A stretch of DNA of 64,000 nucleotides. It comes from Eutreptiella sp. 'Long Island Sound 2002' (taxonomy: Eukaryota; Protista; Euglenida). Shown piece by piece: positions 38,805-51,610 of this stretch; position 1 is the stretch's first letter; each line of letters starts with the position of its first letter. The DNA lies in NCBI GenBank assembly GCA_964036045.1, contig OZ038378.1, forward strand, positions 10,292,001-10,356,000. The letters are read 5' to 3'. Made by a program: the position numbers and the translations under genes. The notes under the pieces were generated by a model. The model saw only the letters and a program-made list of their open reading frames with translations. It did no database searches and was not told where the DNA came from.

Positions 38805-39700
38805 CTGCACAGGATGCAGGGGATAGCAGGCACGGTACGCCCCACCTGCTGTACAATCTTCCTATGCGCTATGACGGCTGGGCCATGCGGCCTCCTTGGG
38901 TAGCAGGCAGGGCACACAAATGCGGTTGGCTGGGGTTCGGGGTGTAGACGGCTGCTGTTTGGATGCAAAAAGTGGCTGTGGTCCGAGATGGGGGTCACCC
39001 CCCCCCCCAAAATTCAAGCGATGGCAAGCCGCAGATACACAGAGGCAAAACAGAGACTGGAGCAAACGTTTGGGGGATGCTGGAAAAACGGTGATGGTGT
39101 GGCACAGAGTACTCGAGAAAAAAATTTGCATTTCCAGTTTTCATTTTCATTTTTCCAGGCGTGGTTCCCCTCGTTGTTCCTGATCCCACTCATAAGCACC
39201 ATCACCAGCACCATCACCACCTGCATCACCAGTACCATCAGCATTGCCATCATCACCATTGCCATCATCACCATGATCACCACTGATGCAGTCGCATCCT
39301 CATCAACAGCACCACCACCATCGTATTCAGCATCACTGCCCGCATCCTCGATGCCATCTCACTCAAGATCACCAGCACCAACACCACCACCCTTTCCTTA
39401 AAAGAGTGCTCATCCCACTGTGGCCTGAATAAAACTCGACTCACTGACTCTCACCGATATCAGGCAGTGATATGGGCTGCACAGGGGTGCGTGTGGCCAG
39501 GCTTGGCCGCTGCATGAGGCCTTGGGTATAGCTGACGATAAGGCTCAGGTGGAGATTGCGATTGAGTATTAATATCGAGGTGAGAATGAGCACAGAGGGC
39601 AATGGAGCGTGGCAGGGATGGAGGGGAGGGTAAGATGCAGACGATGGCCTGCGCCATGCTCCAGAAAGAGCCATTTCAGAGGGCAGCAGCCGCAACACAC

Positions 39701-39809
39701 CTAAGAAGTCAGCACCCTCAATTCCAGCCCCGGTCCAGCGTATGAAGTCCTGATCCCACACTTCAAACAGAACGCGACCTCCGCGACGCGTGACGTACAT
39801 CAGAGGTAT
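39701..39809 (-). CDS. MCTP-like protein exon (C2 domain: VLFEVWDQDF...GADFLG)
   Basis: Acceptor CTGCCCAG|ATA (phase 0), donor TTAG|GTGTGT (phase 1), 109 nt, canonical C2 motif F.VWD.D. Confidence 0.88.
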
Positions 39810-40390
39810 CTGGGCAGCAAGGACACACTGTGCACACATCGCATGCCCATAGCGCAACACAGGGGCACAGGCCGGTCCCGTGCACGTGCCTCTTCCCATG
39901 CCGCTGCTTCTGCTTCAGCCCCTGCCTTCCCCTGCACCCGCCTCCACCTCTGCCACTGCCCCTGCCCCTACCCCTACCCACTGTGATTGGTGGAGGCACA
40001 TAGCCGCCAGCTGCACCCCTCTCCTATGTGCCCCTACACGCCCTACTGGTGGGCAGTAAGGGGGGTTGGGTTGGGGAGGGCCTCACACAGGCGGGGATTG
40101 CAGGCCAGCACATCCTTCCCTGTGCAGCACTGGTCCCAAATCCTGGCTGTCCAATTCCAAGGCCGGGCGGACTGGGACAGCCCCCATGGACCACACTGCA
40201 GCGTTGGTGGGAGACGCCGTCATAGTGCCTGTGCGTGTGTGAGTGTGGGTGCCCTCGAGAGGTTGGGTGTGCCGTGCTCCGGGCCCCGGTGGGGAGGCTG
40301 GGGAGCCTGACGCTGGGTCTACTAGGGGAGTCTATTGGGTTTGCCAGCCTTCTTACGAGGGCCCAGAGCACCGCACCTGGTACGCTCACA

Positions 40391-40446
<56 letters not shown>

Positions 40447-40814
40447 CACCACACACACAACCCAGCAGAATGGAACTTTTCGCCGAAACTGCGCACCTCA
40501 TTACACGAGGCACAAACCACCCTGGGCGCACGCCTCGTACGCGCCAACCCCCCTCCCCCGTGGGCCCTGTGTGCACCCCCCCCCCAAAAAAAACTATTTC
40601 CCAAATGTTTGTCATTTTACGTCTACAACACGCCGACAGTGTCTACAATTAGTAGACCACATCTACTTGGGGCAGACAGTGTCTACAGATTACAGACCGT
40701 CATGCATGTGCCCCGCGTGCCTTGGGCGCGCCAAAGCCCACTCTGCGCCAGCCCCCCGGTGTGCATCGTCTGCCCCCCCCCCCTCTGTGCACCTCATGCG
40801 TGCACCAGCCCCCC

Positions 40815-41490
40815 ACCCCCACCCCGCAAGGAGAGGCCAGTCCGGTAGTGTGCCTTTAAGACCCCCAGGGCTATTGGGGCTATAGCGCTGCAACCCGAGA
40901 GCCATTCCGGGTAGGTTCCCAGGGCAGGGAAGTGCTCAGCGCGCCCTGGGACCCCTCAAACTGCCCTGTGTGGGCACCTGGGACGCGCCCTGTGGCACGC
41001 AGTATGGGAAGCCTACATGATTGAATATTGCAGGTGTGCTTGTTGACCTAAAAACTGAAGCCCGTGTGACTTGTATTGAGGTTGTTGCTGCTTCTTTTTC
41101 TTTTAAGTTGTGCAAGGGGCGGCTCCTCTTGACACTGAGCCCGCTAGGGGAGAGATGGGGCAGGGATACGCAGGTTCCTGGTCACATGCTGCCAGGCTGC
41201 CCCACAAGCGCTAAGGGACGGGGGGCAGCCGCGGCATGCGGCTCGACTGGGGAGGACCCACACTCCTCGACCGCCATACAGCACAGGTGGTGCTGCCAGA
41301 ATCGGTCGGCTCCAACATCGCAGGGCCTGGGGCACACCTCAAGCAGTCGGAGGGGTCCTATGGCGTGCAGAGCGCTTCCCCGACCTGGGGACCTCCCAGG
41401 GAAGACTCCTGGATTGCAGCACTACAGCCCCGTTAGCTTCAGGGGGCTACGAGGGCACACCACCAAGCTGGCCCCTCCTGAGGAAGTAGG
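40815..41490. repeat. Inverted pair of a ~140-bp dispersed repeat (40815..40960 +, 41360..41490 -); further copy at ~61350..61470
   Basis: Shared GGGGCT(A/G)TAG.GC.GCAA...GGGGAAG(T/C)GCTC cores, roughly 70% identity by eye. Confidence 0.55.
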
Positions 41491-41499
41491 GGGGGGGGG

Positions 41500-41650
41500 G
41501 GGGCGTTCGATGTCCACATTGCTCTGTATCCGGAGGCGTGTGCTGCCTTCCCGCTGGTGGATTTGTATAGGGCCCCCTGTCTCGCCGTCAGTGGGCCGCC
41601 AGGGAAAAGGCACACACTTGGCATTCAAAAGGCGTTCACACTGGAGTATG
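41500..41650 (-). mobile_element. DDE transposase relic, copy D
   Basis: CVPF.../GPLTARQ aligns with VPFIGRKNGTLTARQ of copy B. Scattered nucleotide matches (TGACGGC, ATACAA, TGTGG.CAT). Confidence 0.4.
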
Positions 41651-42710
41651 GGACCGCTGTCAAAGCTCTGGAGCACTCGGGCTGGGCCACAGATTCAGGT
41701 GTGTCTTGGCTACAGGACTCACAAACGCCCCATACCCGATCAACGAAAGGGCGGAACGTGTGTCTCGCCTCTGATGCCCTTGCCCATGCGCATGCACGGG
41801 CAGACGGATGGCCAGGGGCTGAGCAGGTGCAGGGGCATGGGTGTGGGCAAGCACACCCACGGGCATGGGCATGTGTATGGGGAATGGCAGGGGCCTGGTC
41901 CGGGGCCCCGGCAGTGGCATAAATGAGTAGGCTCGGGGGCATGGACATGGGCATGGGCTCGGGCAGGGGTAGGGACACGGGCAGCATGCCCAGGCACCCA
42001 TCTATGCCCATGCCTATGCCTACGCCCATGAACATGACTCTGCGCACGTGCGTGCTCCTGCCAAAAAAAAAATGCCGTTGAGGCGCTTGTGAAAAATGCA
42101 CTCAATGTTGCAACCTGATCCACAAATGCAACAACATCCAAACAGAAAGGTGGTGACATCCGTTGGCTCAGGCACAAAACGAGTTGCATCGTTTCATGGA
42201 GAGGTGACAGTAACAGGTGTGCAGGTCGCGTTGCGCTGGGGCCAATCAGGTCCAACAAATTTCTCAAGTCGTTCCCTATTTCCAGGGAGCAAACCACCCT
42301 GTTTGGTGATTGTGGGCACCACCACCAGAACTCCATTGCCGAACCCCACACTGCCTTCCTCGTCGACCAGCTAGGCCTTGCCAGCCTTTGTGGTGCTTCA
42401 TACGTCAGCACCCACGTCCTACGACTACTTGTACTAATACAGCCCTGGAATGAGACGCTGTTCGTTGGGCAGACCGAGTGCCCACACACCGCCACACATT
42501 CATAGGCAATAGACTGTCACACCAGCGTCCCACAAACAGCAGCCAAGTCAACAAGCAATGGTTCTGCATGACCCATTTCATGGCAATTCACAGAATTAGC
42601 CCAGGGCACTGAGCCCCCCCTGTATTCCCGTGGCGGGCACTAGATGTTCCTCGCAGGCGGGACTGCACAACATCATCCTTTGCCGATTCCCTGCCAAGGG
42701 TTGGACATAC

Positions 42711-42811
42711 CTCCTCGTTCCAAACCGGGTCCAGAGTTCGAATTCTGACATCCGTTGAGTACCTCAATCCCGATCTCGGTTGGGTCACGATGACGTATGG
42801 ATCGGCCTTGC
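42711..42811 (-). CDS. MCTP-like protein exon (C2 domain: GKADPYVIV...TLDPVWNEE)
   Basis: Acceptor TTGCTGCAG|GC (phase 1), donor GAG|GTATGT (phase 0), 101 nt, canonical C2 DPYV and PVWNE motifs. Confidence 0.9.
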
Positions 42812-45162
42812 CTGCAGCAAGTATGTTGCGAGCTGAGGAGTGGAGAGGAGATGCTGCATGGGTCCCAAGGGGGAAAACTGTGGGATACAAGGACGCTTCC
42901 AGCACGCCGCGGGTGCCGCGGGCCGGACCCATCCAAGTAACTCTTATTGGGTGAGATCTGTCCACGATTGCCATTGCCCAGACACAACAGGTTTCGTCGG
43001 CCTCGATTTTTTGTGTCTTCATCTTCCGGATTCGACATTAGGTCAAGAGCGCATGAGATGTTTGTCAGCCGCAAAACACCAAAAGGACACCGATACACCA
43101 ACTGCGACGTCCACAAGCCAAATTTCACATCCATAAACCGATTCCACACCACGTACGCATTTCATTGACACCGACAGGCCAAAATCCGACCGAGGTACCA
43201 AATTTGGTACCCACAGACCCTTGAGATGCTTCCAAGTGGAATGTCGTCGTGTTGCCGAGATAGGGAGACACCAGCTCCCTGGCACTTCCTTGGTGACTGG
43301 GCGAAGAAAACTGCTAAGATCTACGTTTGATTCACGTCGACCACAAAATCTAGTAATGCATCCGACTCAGTGTGCCTGCGAATGACTGTGCACTGCATCA
43401 GATGGGAGATGTTTAAGAGTCATGACTGTCCTGGGATGGAAAGGGTGAGCGAAGGACTTCTGTCGGCGTATGGGGGAGGGACAACAATGAGGGCTCGAGA
43501 CAAGACCTCTCAATGGGATACATGGGACACACGCAACAGAAAAACACCACACCACACCGTACCGCACCGTACCCACCACACCATTCCAACGTCCCCACCC
43601 GAGTGTGTTCCCATGCAGGCCTGAGAACCCATGGTGAGTATGCAAAACCTGTGTATCATGTGTCACGCATTGCCCTGCACAAGGGCACAACTCAATGCAG
43701 CCACCGTACCCACCTGCTGAATGCAAGCCGGGATGCAGGGCTACAATCGACGACCACGAGAATGGCCAGGGGAAAGCCCACCAGAAAGCAGAGGGCTTCC
43801 TGAGACCAACTCGGAGCAATGCCTTTGGGTCTGGACTGGACTGGCGTCATCGACTTGGCTGCCATGGCACCCTTGGGCACCATGTAGTGGTGACCAGCCA
43901 GCACTGGCTTGGTCGTTGCCTGCCTGCCAGGGCCTTGGGCCCTTGGGTCTAGACAGGGTACCCGCAACCTACGTACCCGGATGTGCATGGGACAATCCGC
44001 TGGGACCGGACGGGGCAAACCTGCCTGACAGGGTCGACTGTGGTGGTTGGTGGAAAATGAAGAGGTTCAGCATAACGGAAGACGATGATGGGAGTACGTG
44101 TAGTACAGGTACAAGCAGCATGGAACTGCAAGGCGCGCGCGAGGGGGGCACCTGCTCGCGATCTGCAAACGACATTTCTCCTCCACGAATCCACTAATAC
44201 ACCCCACCCCACCACACCCCACCCCACCCCGCCCCGCCCTGCCCCGCCGCGCCTCGTTGCGCCGCACCGCACCGCACTGCACACCAGACCCCACCCCACG
44301 CCCCAACGAGTCAGGCCAGCCACTGCCGCCACCCGCCCTAGGCGCCCCCTGGGGTCAGAGGTGCAGCCTGTGAGGGGTAGACGCACCACTGCCTCACCAA
44401 GTGTGCCCCCCACCCCCCGCCCCGCCGCGACCTTTGCTTGCTCAACAGGTGACGATGGGTGACGACGAAGGGGGAGCGGGAGCCCCGACGGTGCCCCGCA
44501 CAGGTGAACTCCTCCCACTCCCAGGGTGGCGTACCCGGAGAGGCCTCAGGGCCTGGTGGCACCCGGGCTGCACTGCATGAGGGGGGGGCCAGGCTCAACG
44601 GCCCCCGGGTTGAGCCCTAGCGGCCAAGCCCCATCTCCCGCATGAAAGCGACGCGGAGCGACAAGGCCTTAGGGCCCTAGGGGAACCGCGACACACACAA
44701 CCGCCCCCTCAGGTGCCTCGGCGCCTTGCCACAGCACTCCACAGGCACGGGCCCTTTAGGGGGTTGTTGAGCCAACCCCGGTCAGCTCGCCGCCCTGGGT
44801 ACAACACACGCGCACAGCACAGCGGGAGCGCGCGGCTGCAGCGGCACGCGACACCACAGAGTGACCCCCCCCACGCACAGAGCAACACACCCACAGGAGC
44901 TTGGGTGCCAACCAAAAGCGCTGGCTGAGGGCTAGCCCCGAGCAAGTGTGTATGCGTTGGCACCCCTACCCCCACCCCACAAGCAGTTGTGCTGTCACAA
45001 GATAGACACATTATGCCGCACCCATTTGCCTCACTCGCACCGGCGGAGCAGCAGGAGCAGCTCCGCCCAGCCGACGTCTTCCGGGTCACGGGCGCTGTGT
45101 GGAATGCAGCCTAGGCCACGGTAGAGATCACGGGGCGGCACCACGAGGCCAAGATCAAAGTC

Positions 45163-48100
45163 ATGGGAGTGCCTGTGCCGCGCAGCCCGTCATTGGCGTC
45201 CGTGGCGGTGACCTGGTGCGCCCTTGCGAGTCCGTCCAAGCCGCCAAGACTGCAGCCATACGATCTCCATGTCCTCGACGAGCGATTGCTGGGCTACTCG
45301 TGGCGCACCTACCTCAGGTGCATGGAGGAGATGATGGAGTATGCGGCGCGGGAGCATGCGCCGTGACGAATGGACTTGGTGCAGGCGGCGGCGCGCCACA
45401 TGGACACCGGGGGTAGCGACCAGATCCGAGGCCTGACCTTTGACGACCTCCTACTGCTTCTGGGCAATGTCGTGGCCGTCTAGCCGGTGACCCTACATGT
45501 GCCCCTCCTACACTGGCTGGCCTCCTGGGCCGCCTCACACCACAGCCTAAAAGTGGCCTCGGTGTCTCCGACCTTCTCGACCACGGCCTCCGGGATAAAG
45601 CTACCCAGCTCGTGCCCCTTGACATAGCGGGAGTGGCAGAACGAGCTCCGGGATCGCGAGAAAGATGGCAGCCTGGCAATGCCCGACGTCCTGACACACT
45701 CCCAGACATTGGAGAGGAGCCTGACGAACCCCTGGGCTGAGAGGAGTGACACCCCGCACTGGCTGACGATCTTGCAGGGGCCCACACCCGCGGACCCCGA
45801 GGATATGCTTCGGGAGCTCGATGTCTTGGGTTGTGTCCCTGGCCTGCAGGTGGGGCAGGTCGCGGCGGTGGTTGCGGCTCTGGCCCGTCCATGCGGTTGG
45901 TCTGCGCGGGTGCTACAGAACCTGGGCATGGCGTCGGTCCCGCTGCCCTGGTCACCGCAGTCAAAGCAGTGTGGACATCTTGCCCCGCATCAGCCCAGAC
46001 GCGCATGACCACTGAGCTTCAACGCCTCCTAGACCACGTGCGACAGCGCCACGGCTCAGCTGTGAGCGGGGCGCGAGTGGGGCGGATTTTGGAGGCTATT
46101 GACAAGATCATCGCAGAGGCCGTATCCTCGGGATTCAGCGGTAGACCTAGGCTGGGCTGGCCATGGCCTCGACGGATGACCTACCCATTTCAGCGTTTCA
46201 GCACCGGCAATGTGAATGACGAGCAGCAGTTCCGGCAGGGAGTGCTGGCGCTGGTGAGGGGCCTGGACCTCTTGGCCCAGCATGACGTGCTATTGGAGGC
46301 CGCCAAGCGCGCCCTCACCGTGGCAAAGATTGACAATTTCCAATGGTTTTTGGTGCGCGGCCCTGGAAAGACGACACCCGAGGAACCCTCGGCCGACACA
46401 CCTACTCCCACTTCGCTCCGGCCATCCGGTGCCCCCCCGCCGGTGGCAGCACCCGCGGCCTCCGACAAGTGCTCGCACAACCCCCCCCCCCCCCCCCCCC
46501 CGCCCCCGCACAGCCGACGCGCGACCGGCGCGGACGCCGGCGACCACGGTTGTGCGGGTCACCCCAAGCTGACGCCACGGCGGCCGATCACCGTTCCATC
46601 CGCGCCTAGGACTGGACGACCCCAAGCCCTACACCCGTCCTGCATTTGCATCACCTGCGGCACTTGGAATCTAGCTCCGCCTGCCTCCATTGGGGGCATG
46701 GCCTGCCCTGTGTGTAGCTCCCTAGGGTCTATTCAGGCCCTCGCACTGCAACTTGGCACACAGGAGGCAGACACTCGAGGTGACCCTGTCCTTGCGGCCC
46801 TTCGCCTTTCGCCCCCGGAGGCACAACAGACGGTGCTGGAGGTGATAGGGACCTGGGTGCGGGTCTTAAGCCATCTGTCACTCTCCGCCACAGCCACCCC
46901 CCCCCCCCCCCATACTATGCGCTGGCACCTGGGTTACGTTCTAGGACGAGGCACCCTGCGTCAGGTCCGACGCCCTGCAGCCCCCCTCGTACGTACGGCG
47001 CGGCCCCCACGAGCCCGGGCTGCTACAGTCTTCCTCCACCACCTTGCACGTCCACTCATCGGCCTGCGCCATGTGCGGGAGGCCGCGGGCGTCCGCGGCA
47101 GCGGTGTTGTCCCCCCCAGGTGCAGAGTGCTGACCACGCCTCTTTTGTGTTGCCCAGTCGGTGCGGCACCCACTCCTCACCACCAGCGTGGCGGCACGGG
47201 CTCATCGATGGGGCGGCAGTCAGCATGGCACAGGCAGTATCGCCCTTTTTGGGTCCGCCTGGTCGAAGTGCGTGGCCCTACAGCCGCCTATGTCCGTGCT
47301 GCCCTTGCCCACCTGGGTGCTCCAGCTACCAGCCCCCGACGCTCCACAGGCGCACGCCGAGCCTATCCACTTCTGGGTGTTGGGCAACAACATGTCTAGG
47401 GCTGCCGACTGGCGAGACATCGTGGGCCCCTTGATGGAAGCCGTTGACCCCACATTTGTGATGCTATGTCTCTTGGATCCTGCAGCCGCCCAAGCATTGA
47501 TACCTCCGACCTACACTCTCGTACTAGGCAGCATGACTGGCCAGGGGCGGGGCTTGGCAGTGGGCATCCGCCAGGCGGATGTGCTGCCCATGCACCCCCC
47601 GTCCGTGGTCTGCGACTCGCGAGACTAGCTAGGGGTCCTATGCCACACACGACACATGGGCCATGTGCTGCTGTTGGATGCCCACTTCGACCCTCACGCC
47701 CCCCACGGGCAGTGGTGTTCCACATGGACAGCGTCCTCACCTGCGCCCACTATGTCCATGCCGCCGTGACGATCCTCCAGGGCGACCTCAACTCCGATGA
47801 CGGGGGCGCCGCCCCACTGGCCATCACCCTGCGCAGGGACAGCCGGCTCCAACGGTACGTTTGAGTTTTGCCCCCTTTCACCCCCACCAACTTCGTCCAG
47901 GTGCAGGGCCGTGTCCACTCCATCGCCATCGACCACCTCTTCGTTGGCGGCGCAGTCCGCAGCAGCGAGCACCACTTGGTCCCTACCGCCAGCTCCCACC
48001 TCACGGTGATACCCAAAATCACGCTCACCAACACCACATATGCCCCCCTTCCATTGCAAGCACCTCCGCTGGCGCCTAGCCAAGCCCGCTACCATGAACT

Positions 48101-51100
48101 CCATCCGCGTGCTCACCAGTGCAGTGTGGGGCCATTTGGCCTCCACTTGTGCCCTGCTAGACACATACATAGTGTCCATGCACCACCTAGCCCGGCAGCA
48201 CCTCCAAGAAGCCATGTCGGATAGCCTCTACATACGGCGGCTGGCGCGCCACCCACCACCTTTCGACGACGCCTACCTTTAGGCTCGGGCAGAGGAGCAC
48301 TGCCAACACGCGCGGGAGCTTCAGCGCGACCGGCCCCGCATCGCCCTGCAATCCGTCCAGATCGGGTGCGATACCTGGCGCGCCCTGTGCCTACTCACGG
48401 TGCCCCTACGACCCTAATCAGGCATTATGCCGTCCCCGGGAGCAGTCCTCGCCACGAACGCTTGGCTGAGGTCACTGCCCAGGTCTCCTACACGACTCGC
48501 TACCAGCACCTGCACATCGACAAGGAGCGCTTCGCCATTCAGTTGGTACCGCCACTGCATCGCCGCGTGCTGTGGTTCACAACGGAACTCCCGATGGAAC
48601 AATTGCATCATGCTCTCCGACAAGGGCGCGACCTTGACAATGGTCCCGATCGGGAAAGCCTGTTCGCCGCCCTGTGCGCCCGACCGCTTTATGGCAGCCC
48701 CAACGTTGCCCGTCATCTGGAACGGTAGACTTCCCCAACCACAGCCGTGGACAATGTGCCCGGCACGATCACCAACTCCAGGTTCGGCGGGATGGTAGCT
48801 GGGGTTCGCAGAATGCACTGCAGCTTCCAACGGCTAGTGGACTTTGTGGCCCGCGACACCATCCGCTATGGGTCATACAAGGGCAAGGGCCCGCTGCACT
48901 TGGCCGGCTCACACGGGCCGGTGGCTGTGGAGTCGGACCTCATGCGGTCCTACTCAGGAGTTGGGCGCACCCGGCTCAACCACACCCTGGAGCTGTATGG
49001 GGCTCTCACCCCTGATCAGTTCGCTTACCGCACTGCCGTCTCCGCCACCATGATGGTCGTGACCTCGCGGGCTGCGGTGGTGCGGGCATTGGAGCTGACC
49101 GGGGTATGCGTAGACGCCGAGTGGGACGAATCATACGCATACCTCCGGAACCAGCGGGAAGACGATGAGAAGCTCCTGCGCCTACTACTGGGGTCTGGAA
49201 CTTTGGCGCCTAGTGCGATGTGTTCTACTCACGGCGACGGATCCATCCGGTGACGGACGAGGGCTTGGCCCCCTGCTAAAGCCCCAGCGAGGGCCACGAG
49301 CAAGGGGACTCCTTCGCGGGGGAAGGCTTCCACGCCTTGCAATGCGTCCTGAATACCCGCATGCTCACCGACGCATTGTTGTCTATCCCTGACGTCTTCC
49401 GTCCCGGCCACGCACTGCCGATGGAGCACCAGGCTTACTCCGACGACCGGCGATTCCTATCGGCCTCCATGGAGCGCGTGGTCGACCTTGTCTCCCGATG
49501 CATGGACATGTCCATGGCGGAAGGCCGAGTAGTACACTCCTCCAAGCTGGCGCTACACTTCAACCGCTTGGACGTTGCAGGGCCCCGGCTGGTCGAGCTC
49601 GAGACGGGGTTGGTGGGCCTGCCCACCTCCATGGAAACTCCGGTGGTGCTGAGGGTACCACTCCTGGTAGAAGTGCCGCTGGCCAAGGCCTTGGGACGGT
49701 TCCTCCAAACCCTACGACGCGCCTCGGCGGCGGCAATGCGGCAGCGGCTGCCGCCCCTGCTTCACATACGCGCTCTGCTGCCGTACGGGGTCTCCAGTGG
49801 TGATAACCGCCTGCGCGGCCTTCTAGTGCCTAGCAGAAGCCTAATGGCTCACCAGATTCAAGTCAACAAGCCATTCCGACGAGCGTTCGGCCTCCCCAAG
49901 TGGACCCTTGTCGAGGTCTTGACGCTTGCATTGGAAGAAGGGGGGGCTGGGGCACCCAGCCTGCGCGACCGATGTGAGCTCCTGCTACTGCAATCGTACC
50001 TACAAACTTCATGGTCACGCAATGCGGCAGCGGCCTCAGCGGTCCACTACCTGGTTAGCATCCCGCCCATCAGGGGCCAGGAACACGAGGGACAGGCCAT
50101 GCAGCGGGTCTTGCTCTGGCGGGGGATCACCCTGATGGCCCTACCGGCTGGGTTACCCGCTCCTGAGGCTCATGAGTTCGGCTCCCTTGCTGTGCTGTGG
50201 CACGTCCAGACCCTGCACATCGCTTACGACGGGGCTTACACTGACGGAGTGACAGCTTGGGCCATGGTCATGTGGCACGCCGACCTCGGGCTCTTCTACG
50301 GGTGCGGCCGCTCCTTGCGGACTGCGGGAGGCAGCTCCTCCGTTGCCGAATGGATGGGGCGCATGGAGACCTTGCAGGCTCTGGGAACATGGAGTGGCAC
50401 GGCGTACTTTGTGGCGGACTCCACGAACACCCTGGCCTCTTCGTATGATCGAGCCCCCCAAGTGGGCACACTGGCGGACCCATGGTACCGGGTGATGGTC
50501 CGGCGGCGCATATACAGCCCCTCCGAGGACATATGGGTCCCCTCGTGGCCCCAAGTCACAAGCCCGGCGCCGCTTCTTCGGCGCATACACGGGGCAGCCC
50601 ATGACTTGGCGCAGCGAGCAGCGCGACGCCCGAGCTACGCCGCCGTGCTCTGGCTGTCCTTGCTGGCTGTCAGGGTGGTGGCGCACTAGCAGGGCTCCCT
50701 CTTCATCGACGCCAAGGAAGCGGTGCAGGAGATCTATCAATTGAGCACGCACCTAGCCCTGCTACAGCAGTACCCGAGCGCCCAGATACACCAATGGCAC
50801 GCCTCTGTGCTACAAGCTCTGCGTGAGGACCGCCTCCCCTTGCTACAGCTACAGCGTATGGCACTGCTACGCCTCCTCAAAGTGCGGCGGACACCCCGCG
50901 GGTATGTGGCATCCGACTACCCGTTCTGCCACGGGCCCGCGATGGACCTGAGCGTGCACCTTGGGGGGGCCTGCCGGGCGTTTTATCTGATTCGCGTGGG
51001 CATGTACATGGCCCTGCTCTGCCGGGTAGCGCGCGTGACAACGCTTTGGCCTGGCAACCAACAACGGGGCCTCGCGGTTCGCGGCGCAATAGGGGCCGTA

Positions 51101-51610
51101 TATACCATTGTGGATTCCTTCCTTCCCCCCAACCCCCCTAGAGCCGCCTGGGACTGACTTCAGCCCTGGGGCCACGTGCAGCATCACCGGCCGCACCCCT
51201 CAGCCCAGCACGAGGTGGATGCCCTTGCTCGCGAAGTCCTGGGCATCATGGCCTGCCCGGAGTACACCTTGCTGTGGGCTATGGGAACGAGCCGCCCTGT
51301 ACCCCCAGCGCTGGGGGAGGGTCCTCATTTGACGTTCTGGGACGAGATCATCCTCCAGTACATTTTGCGGTCGCTGGACAAGTGGGTGCTGTGCACCCGC
51401 TACGAGATCCAACAGTCGCTCCCGCCCCTCTCCGGGCTGCTTGACCGGGCGGCGGCCGTGGTCTGCGTATGCATCAGTGAGATAGACATAGAGTCCATAT
51501 TTGGCGAGCCCACCCCAATGGCTGAAGCCGCCCAAGTGTTCATTGTTGATGTCGACATGGAATGGGCCGTGAGGCTCGCATACATGAGACATTGCACAGG
51601 ATCGGCCTAG
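45163..51610 (+). mobile_element. Decayed non-LTR retrotransposon (ORF1; ORF2 with C4 finger, APE endonuclease, reverse transcriptase, RNase H, CCHC-like finger), antisense inside a 9.6-kb intron
   Basis: APE: IHFWVLGNN (~47360), ILQGDLN (~47775), AIDHLFV (~47925). RT: PVAVESDL..., PDQFAYR, WDESYAY, GHEQGDSF, QAYSDD. RNase H: IAYDGA, SSVAEW, FVADS, HDLAQRAA. Late finger: YPFC-HGPAMDLSV-H-LGGA-C. Multiple stops and frameshifts. Confidence 0.9.

Noticed and set aside
44575-44660. Hammerhead ribozyme (CTGCATGAG...GAAA)
   Set aside because: The core has an extra base, and stems I-III could not be closed.
45163-46400. 2A-like peptide as in L1Tc/ingi
   Set aside because: No DxExNPGP motif is present.
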